The position numbers and the translations under genes are program-made. Below the pieces are notes generated by a model. That model did not search any database, was not told the DNA's origin, and saw nothing but the letters and a program-made list of their open reading frames with translations. This document shows, piece after piece, positions 6,698 through 13,035 of a stretch of DNA of 32,000 nucleotides. Within the stretch, counting starts at the first letter, position 1; every line of letters begins with the position of its first letter. The stretch lies in the NCBI RefSeq assembly GCF_000175255.2, contig NC_017262.1, positions 240,001 to 272,000 of the forward strand, in the 5' to 3' direction. The DNA is from Zymomonas mobilis subsp. mobilis ATCC 10988 (GTDB lineage Bacteria > Pseudomonadota > Alphaproteobacteria > Sphingomonadales > Sphingomonadaceae).

Positions 6698-8998
6698 ATG
6701 CGTAAGGTATTCACTAAAAATCGGGAATCAGGCGTGCGTTTCGACGATATGCTCCAAACAATTATGGATCAGCCCCTTAACACAGAAGCGGAAAAGATCG
6801 CTGTCTGGCGGCAATTAGTAGATTGTATCGCCCAAGATAAGGGGCAACATGACCCTCATTTGTTAAAAAATGCCTATCAGCGTTTAATGGACTTAACGCG
6901 CGAAGTGCCTACCAATATTCGTCTCGATACTGCCGAAACCTTAGCTGGACGCCATATTCCGCCGTTACTGGTGCAATATTTTGCCTGTGATATTGCCCTG
7001 ATCGCGATGCCTGTCATCAGCTCAGTTCGGCTGGATGTCGCTGAATGGATTGGTATTTTACCCGCTTTACGCCAACCCGTTAGAAATATTCTTCGCCAAC
7101 GGAATGACCTTGATCCGTTAGTATTGCGCGCTTTGGATAGCCTTGGCGGCGATCGTCCTGTTTTGGATAATCCCAAGGAAGAGCCTGTTTCCGTTCAACC
7201 TAAACAAGAAAAAATAGAGGCTTCTCCTATTTCTCTTGAAAAGGCAGAACAGCCGTTACCTCCGCAAGAAGAGGCCACTAATTCAGCAGCAGAAGCGCCG
7301 ATGGATTACCGGAAAAGCCTTTTCTCGAAAAAGCCTGACAGTATTTCACTCGCCAAAGAAACGGATGAAATTCAACATCATCCCGCCGAAGAAATCTTGG
7401 CAAACGAAAGCGCTCCAGAAAAAGAGATGTCTTTTTCTGACAGTATCCGTTCCGGTATTCTTCATCAGGCTTATCGCCAACCCACCTATTTTAAGCCTTT
7501 CACCACGTCGCTTGAATCTCTGACGACAGATGAAACGCCCGTTATTGCCGAAGCCTTAACAACGAATCCGCCTGTCAATGAACAGCATAAGGAAGAAAAG
7601 GCAGAGAAAACACAGGAAGAAACTGTCAAAGCTCCTAGATTTTCGCCATTTTCTGATCGCTGGCGGTCAGAGATTACGCCTGTAGAAGAAGGCCTTGAAG
7701 GTCATAATGACCAAGATGAGCCTATCTTTGAATTTGAAACAAAGCTGGATCAGAAACAGCCTTCTGAAGAAGATATCTCCGACAAAAATAAGGACTTTGC
7801 ATGGTTTGCCATGGGTAAATCACGCAGTTCCAAAAAAATGGATGCAGGCGCATTACTACAGAAAAAGACATCAAAAAGCGGTAGCGAAGATACCCAGATA
7901 CGCCATTTATTAGCCCGTATTGACGCCTTCCGGCGCAGTCTGGAAGCCCGTGCAGAACAATTCAATTTCGAGAGCGATAAAAACGGTGTTGTCATCCATG
8001 TGAAAGGGATCGCCTCCCATATTTTGGCAGGGATTTCGCTTGCAACGCCCGCTTTACAGAATGGTTATGGTGTCGATGGGCAAGCTGTTGGTGCTTTTAC
8101 GCGACGCGCCCCTATCCGCCATGCCAGATTGACTATTCCGGGGAATGGGGCAGCGGCAGGGGAATGGCGCATTGCGGCTGATCCTTATTTCAGCCCTGAA
8201 ACGGGTCATTTCTCTGGCTATCGTGGGATTGCACGTCGTCCCCGCATTGAAGAAACGGCGCAACCTTTTGTATCGGCGATGCCGCCGCAACCTAGCGTCC
8301 TTGAAATTGATCGCGATTCACTACGGCAATTGATGCATGAGCTACGAAATCCGTTGAATGCGATCGTCGGCTTTGCTGAAATGATCGAGCATCAGATGCT
8401 AGGGCCTGTCGGGAAAAGCTATCGCTATTATGCTGCCGATATTACCCGTCAAGGACAGCGCTTACTACAAGCCGTGGACGATCTTAATCTCGCAGCTGAA
8501 GAGAGTGAAACTGCCTCTGTTAGCCCCCAGAGTGAAGGGTCAACTCGCTTAACCCAGATCGTTTCGGCTTTGCATAGCCATTATCAAGATGCAGTTCATA
8601 AATATAATGGCGATATCTTGTTCAAAGTCGCAACCGGACTCCCTTTATTAAAAATAGATTCCAGAGCGATTGAACGGATCTTCTCGCGTTTACTAGCTAC
8701 CGTGGTTGGTCTGATGGCTGCGCAAGAGCAAATAGAAGTTAATCTGGATCAAAAAGATCATTTCGTCCGCTTTATGGTCAAACGTCCGGCGGCATTGCAA
8801 GGCTATGATGAACAAGCGCTTCTTGATCCCGGTTTTAATCTACAGGGAGAATGGCCAAATAGTCCGGTTCTCGGGTTAGGCTTTACGCTGCGCTTAGTTA
8901 GAAATTTAGCTTCAGCTGTTAACGGTCAGCTTGAGATAAAAGACGATTCTTTTATCATTCTGCTGCCGATAGAAGAAAGCCAATCCCAAGCCTCCTAA
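6698..8998 (+). CDS. Histidine-kinase-like protein: conserved N-domain, long acidic/Pro-rich linker, PAS-like region, HisKA with His, degenerate HATPase_c
   Basis: The ORF is open from a TTG at 6683, and the first ATG is at 6698. The start is uncertain. The H-box LRQLMHELRNPLNAIVGFAEMI has its His codon at 8336-8338. In the C-terminal domain I cannot find the N-box Asn or a G1 DxGxG motif, only a G2-like VLGLGFTLRLV. Confidence 0.7.
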   Translation: MRKVFTKNRESGVRFDDMLQTIMDQPLNTEAEKIAVWRQLVDCIAQDKGQHDPHLLKNAYQRLMDLTREVPTNIRLDTAETLAGRHIPPLLVQYFACDIALIAMPVISSVRLDVAEWIGILPALRQPVRNILRQRNDLDPLVLRALDSLGGDRPVLDNPKEEPVSVQPKQEKIEASPISLEKAEQPLPPQEEATNSAAEAPMDYRKSLFSKKPDSISLAKETDEIQHHPAEEILANESAPEKEMSFSDSIRSGILHQAYRQPTYFKPFTTSLESLTTDETPVIAEALTTNPPVNEQHKEEKAEKTQEETVKAPRFSPFSDRWRSEITPVEEGLEGHNDQDEPIFEFETKLDQKQPSEEDISDKNKDFAWFAMGKSRSSKKMDAGALLQKKTSKSGSEDTQIRHLLARIDAFRRSLEARAEQFNFESDKNGVVIHVKGIASHILAGISLATPALQNGYGVDGQAVGAFTRRAPIRHARLTIPGNGAAAGEWRIAADPYFSPETGHFSGYRGIARRPRIEETAQPFVSAMPPQPSVLEIDRDSLRQLMHELRNPLNAIVGFAEMIEHQMLGPVGKSYRYYAADITRQGQRLLQAVDDLNLAAEESETASVSPQSEGSTRLTQIVSALHSHYQDAVHKYNGDILFKVATGLPLLKIDSRAIERIFSRLLATVVGLMAAQEQIEVNLDQKDHFVRFMVKRPAALQGYDEQALLDPGFNLQGEWPNSPVLGLGFTLRLVRNLASAVNGQLEIKDDSFIILLPIEESQSQAS

Positions 8999-9071
8999 AA
9001 AAATAAAAAAAATTACGGATATCTCTTGTCAGATGGGGGTCAGCTCGGCTATCGAGCAGCCTTAGAAGGTG

Positions 9072-9146
9072 GGGCCTGTAGCTCAACGGTAGAGCCGGCC
9101 GCTCATAACGGCTAGGTTGCGGGTTCGATTCCTGCCGGGCCCACCA
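9072..9146 (+). tRNA. tRNA with CAT anticodon: tRNA-Met by anticodon, more likely tRNA-Ile2 (lysidine-modified)
   Basis: Manual cloverleaf. The acceptor gggcctg pairs with cgggccc, including a U6-G67 wobble. The D arm is gctc/gagc. The anticodon stem ggccg/cggct carries loop ctCATaa, with the anticodon at 9104-9106. The T arm is gcggg-ttcgatt-cctgc. The discriminator is A and CCA is encoded. G1-C72 excludes an initiator. C4-G69, C5-G68, U12-A23, C29-G41 and A73 match the E. coli tRNA-Ile/TilS identity elements. Confidence 0.9.
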
Positions 9147-9294
9147 TTCATTTTCTTGGTCTTTATGCGACCCGCTATAAAATCCCATATCAACAGCCCC
9201 ATTGCCTTTAGGCTGTCTGTTTTGCCTTATTTCCCGTGATAAAAGGGCTATAGTCTGCCTTTAGTGATTTTTGGGAATGGCAGAATAACGATCC

Positions 9295-11682
9295 ATGGAA
9301 AACAGCCTGCATCTTTATGGAATATCAATCGCCTTAGGGGTGTCATTGCTGGCTGTCCTCTGGGGCATTGCCCTCTATTTTTTTCTGAATGCGCTCCATA
9401 AGATGAAAGAGGCGCAGGCGATTATCCGTCGCTTTCATCCACTTAAAAATATTTATGACACGGCACCCGTTCATGCCCTTGTCATCCATAATCAAAAAAT
9501 ATCCGCTCTTAATCCTAAAAGCTCGGCTTATCTCGGATTAGAAGACATACCGTCCTCACCGGATATCTTTTTTTATTCATGGCTTGATGACGATTCAGCC
9601 CAAATTCTTGCCCATCATCTCGATATCTTGGCGAAAACAGGGCGCGCTTTTCATTGTCATGTGCATCATAAAATGGACCAGCGTCTTTTCAAAATTGATG
9701 GTCAGATTTTACAACAATCTTCCCGCGATATCATTCTCTGGATAGGCGATATTACCCAAGAGGCTGACCGTCAAAAGGCCTTGGCCTTTCAGGCACAACA
9801 ATCGGGACAGGCTTTACAGGCGTTATCGTCTCTTTTTGAGGTGATGCCTTTTCCAATATGGTATCGGAATGCCGCGTTACAGCTACAGATGGTCAACCAA
9901 TCTTATGTAACAGCGGTCGAAAGTCCATCAGCCAGAGAGGTTATCACCCGCAATATCGAGCTAACAGAAGGCAAGGGGGCTAATAATCCGGTTTCTTTTG
10001 CGGAAAAGGCACTAGAGACAAAATCCATGCAAAGTCGCCTTTCGCCGGTGATCTTGTCGGGGACACGGCGAATGATGCGCTTAACGGATATTCCCTTACC
10101 AACGGGTGCCGTTGCGGGATATGCACTTGATGTCGAAGCCTTGGAAGAAGCCAAAGCTGAAATGGGACGTTTCTTACAAGCACAGCGCCATATCCTCGAT
10201 CAGCTTTCCGCTGGTGTTGCCCAGTTCAATGCCGAACAAAATTTAGTCTTTGCGAATGAGCCTTTCCGGCATCTTTTTGCGCTGAAAGCCGAATGGCTTA
10301 CCGACCATCCTGAATTTGACCGTGTGCTTGAAAGAATGCGGGAAGCTGGACGGCTGCCGGCGGCGCATGACTTTCCCGCATGGAAAGCAGAAAGACGGCA
10401 ATGGTTTTTATCCCATAACAATGCTTTGGAAGAAAACTGGCTGTTGATGGATGGCTCCCATCTTCGGGTCATTACCCAACCTACACCGGACGGCGGATTA
10501 TTACTGATTTTTGAAGATCGGACAGAACAGGTTCGTTTGACCTCGGCACATGATATTATGCTTCGCGTCCGAACTGCCAGTTTTGATAAACTCTTTGAAG
10601 CCATTGGCGTTTTTGCTTCTGATGGGCGATTAAATCTCTGGAATACCCGTTTCACCGATATTTGGCAGATTGATGAAAAATGGCTCTCGACACATCCACG
10701 GGTTGACGATTTAGCCCAGAAAACCCGCCTTCGTTTAGAAAATACCGAGCATAGCCACTATATCAGTGATGCCATTCGGATGACGATGATCGAGAGGCAA
10801 CCCAAACATGGGCATATCGCCTTTATCGACCAACAGCATTTCAATTTTTCGACTATTCCCTTGCCAGACGGTAACATCCTTCTGACGATGTTGGATGTGA
10901 CTGATAGCTGGCGAATGGAACGCGCTCTTCGTGACCGAAATGAAGCTTTGGAAGCCGCGGACAGGTTAAAAACCGATTTTGTCGCCAATATGAGCTACGA
11001 ACTCAGAACGCCCTTGACCTCTATCAGTGGTTTTGCCGAAATGCTGGCGCAAGGCTATTGCGGCGATTTATCCCAAATGGCGAATGATTATGTCGCAGCC
11101 ATTCTTGATGCCGTTGCACGATTAAGCACTCTTATTGACGATATTCTCGACTTAACTTTGCTTGAATCCGGTAATCTTGAGCTTGATCGACAGAATGTTG
11201 ACATCAAACCCCTTCTTCAAGATATGGCAACCGCTCTCACCAAAAGAGCAGAAGAGCTAGGTATCCATTTTGAAATCAAACTGGATGACAATCTCGGGAT
11301 GATCGAAAGTGATCCGCAGCGTCTCTCCCGTGCGATCAACCATATGTTACTGATTGCGCTTGCCCGCAATCCGCGCGGCGGCACAGTGCAGTTACAGGCT
11401 TCTGGGGCAGGTGACCATATCGCGATTGTCATCGTCGATGACGCTGATATTCTGTCTTCTTCTCGACAAGGGAGTGTGGAATCCTCTTTATCTGATCCGA
11501 TCTTTGACCATTTTTCCGAATATGGCCAATCCGTTCGCGGCGGTAAGGGAAGCAGCAGTATCGCGATCCCGCTTATTCGCCGTTTTATTGCTTTGCATGG
11601 CGGATCAATTCATATTGATTCAAATCATAACCAGAAGACACATTTCATTATTACCTTGCCGCGCCATGTGCCTGCTTTGTAA
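9295..11682 (+). CDS. divL: DivL-type essential-polarity pseudo-histidine kinase (TM + multiple PAS + DHp with Tyr replacing His + degenerate CA domain)
   Basis: 795-aa ORF with an N-terminal TM helix and at least 3 PAS-like segments. The H-box reads DFVANMSYELRTPLTSISGFAEML, with TAC (10996-10998) where the phospho-His normally sits. That is the signature of Caulobacter DivL. The CA boxes are degenerate (RAINHMLLIALARNPRGG; VDDADI; GGKGSSSIAI). Confidence 0.65.
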   Translation: MENSLHLYGISIALGVSLLAVLWGIALYFFLNALHKMKEAQAIIRRFHPLKNIYDTAPVHALVIHNQKISALNPKSSAYLGLEDIPSSPDIFFYSWLDDDSAQILAHHLDILAKTGRAFHCHVHHKMDQRLFKIDGQILQQSSRDIILWIGDITQEADRQKALAFQAQQSGQALQALSSLFEVMPFPIWYRNAALQLQMVNQSYVTAVESPSAREVITRNIELTEGKGANNPVSFAEKALETKSMQSRLSPVILSGTRRMMRLTDIPLPTGAVAGYALDVEALEEAKAEMGRFLQAQRHILDQLSAGVAQFNAEQNLVFANEPFRHLFALKAEWLTDHPEFDRVLERMREAGRLPAAHDFPAWKAERRQWFLSHNNALEENWLLMDGSHLRVITQPTPDGGLLLIFEDRTEQVRLTSAHDIMLRVRTASFDKLFEAIGVFASDGRLNLWNTRFTDIWQIDEKWLSTHPRVDDLAQKTRLRLENTEHSHYISDAIRMTMIERQPKHGHIAFIDQQHFNFSTIPLPDGNILLTMLDVTDSWRMERALRDRNEALEAADRLKTDFVANMSYELRTPLTSISGFAEMLAQGYCGDLSQMANDYVAAILDAVARLSTLIDDILDLTLLESGNLELDRQNVDIKPLLQDMATALTKRAEELGIHFEIKLDDNLGMIESDPQRLSRAINHMLLIALARNPRGGTVQLQASGAGDHIAIVIVDDADILSSSRQGSVESSLSDPIFDHFSEYGQSVRGGKGSSSIAIPLIRRFIALHGGSIHIDSNHNQKTHFIITLPRHVPAL

Positions 11683-11716
11683 GAAATATGTAGCCTTCCT
11701 AGACGATAGTAAAAAG

Positions 11717-12190
11717 ATGACCATACAGGAAATAATTCTGGCAGATGCCGCCGCCACCGAAGAAGCGGGGCGTTATCTGGGACGATCTCTTCAAACCGGT
11801 GATATCATTACCCTTTCCGGTGATCTCGGTGCAGGTAAAACCAGTCTGGCGCGGGGTATTTTAAGCGAATTAGGCTTTCAGGAAGAAGTCCCTTCGCCCA
11901 GTTTCGCGCTGATGATTGATTATGAGCCCCCAGAAGTCAGTCTGCCTGTTGCCCATGTCGATTTATATCGCCTCGATAATCCCGAAGATATTCAGGAATT
12001 AGGTCTCGATGAATTCGCTTTTTACGGGGCTTTGCTCGTAGAATGGCCAGAAAGATTGGGACAGGTTATCGACCAAATATGGCCTGATCGGCTGGCTTTG
12101 CATCTGGATATTCTCGAAGATAACCGGCGGCGGCTGACATGGCAGCGTCCCAGCTATTGGGAAAATCGCTGGCCACCGCTCGAATATTGA
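11717..12190 (+). CDS. tsaE: tRNA t6A37 threonylcarbamoyladenosine biosynthesis protein TsaE (YjeE ATPase)
   Basis: Starts at the ATG at 11717 (MTIQEIILADAAATEEAGRYLG...). It has the Walker A motif GDLGAGKTSLARGIL and the SPSF / DLYRL motifs of TsaE. The 5' part of the ORF-track entry (11354-) overlaps divL out of frame and is rejected. Confidence 0.85.
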   Translation: MTIQEIILADAAATEEAGRYLGRSLQTGDIITLSGDLGAGKTSLARGILSELGFQEEVPSPSFALMIDYEPPEVSLPVAHVDLYRLDNPEDIQELGLDEFAFYGALLVEWPERLGQVIDQIWPDRLALHLDILEDNRRRLTWQRPSYWENRWPPLEY

Positions 12191-12265
12191 TAAATGATTT
12201 TAAGACGGCCGCGACTTTGCTAGAAGCCGCTCATCTTCATTTCAGGTAGGGGGCAGGAGAAAAGA

Positions 12266-13027
12266 ATGAAAAGCTTGAGTAAGACGATAACGTTTAAAAA
12301 CAAAAAGCCGCAAAGCCTTATCCGCACGGCGATGATTCTGGCTGCCGGTTTTGGTAAACGGATGCGCCCCCTAACGGCAACCCGTCCGAAACCCTTGGTT
12401 GAAGTCGGCGGCAAGCCTTTGATCGACCACGCCCTTGATCATCTCAAGGAAAGCGGCATCACTCGTGTTGTCGTCAACACCCATTATATGAGCGAACCTT
12501 TGGAAGCGCATCTGCGCCATACTGCCAAAGATTTCGATCTCCAGATTTCCCGTGAAGAAGACGCACTTCTAGAAACCGGCGGCGGCATCAAAAAGGCCTT
12601 GCCCCTTATTCAAGATGATCTCTTTCTGGTTATCAGCAGTGACAATTTCTGGCTTGATGGCACGGCCAATTCCATTGAACTTCTGACCCATCATTGGGAT
12701 GATGAAAAGATGGATGCTTTGTTGTTACTGGTGCCGTTATCTCACGCTGATTGCTATAATGGGCAGGGTGATTTCCATATGAATGGTATGGGACAAATCC
12801 AGCCTAAAATTCCGGGTAAAGTCGCACCTTTTGTTTTCAGCGGCATCCAGATTATGTCCAAACGCTTTTTGGAAAATACGCCGGACGGTGCTTTCCGTAG
12901 CCAATATATCCGCGATCAGGCGATGAACAAAGGCCGCTTATATGGCTTGGTGCATGATGGTATCTGGTTTGATGTCAGCACGCCCAAAGCCGTCAAGGTA
13001 ACCGACACCATTCTTAGACGCGGTTAA
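12266..13027 (+). CDS. murU: Nucleotidyltransferase, MurU-like (N-acetylmuramate-1-phosphate uridylyltransferase family)
   Basis: Strong RBS (gcaggagaaaagaATG). The N-terminal sugar-nucleotidyltransferase motif is MILAAGFGKRMRPLTATRPKPLVEVGGKPLIDH. It sits between tsaE and addB, as in other alphaproteobacteria. Confidence 0.65.
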   Translation: MKSLSKTITFKNKKPQSLIRTAMILAAGFGKRMRPLTATRPKPLVEVGGKPLIDHALDHLKESGITRVVVNTHYMSEPLEAHLRHTAKDFDLQISREEDALLETGGGIKKALPLIQDDLFLVISSDNFWLDGTANSIELLTHHWDDEKMDALLLLVPLSHADCYNGQGDFHMNGMGQIQPKIPGKVAPFVFSGIQIMSKRFLENTPDGAFRSQYIRDQAMNKGRLYGLVHDGIWFDVSTPKAVKVTDTILRRG

Positions 13028-13035
13028 TTTTGAAT

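Noticed and set aside
8955-9188. 77-aa minus-strand ORF
   Set aside because: It runs straight through the tRNA gene (9072-9146), so it is an artefact of the tRNA's reverse complement.
11354-11716. 5' extension of the tsaE ORF in the ORF track (start at 11354)
   Set aside because: The extension overlaps the last ~330 nt of divL in another frame and encodes non-TsaE-like sequence. The TsaE homology begins at the ATG at 11717, just after the divL stop.
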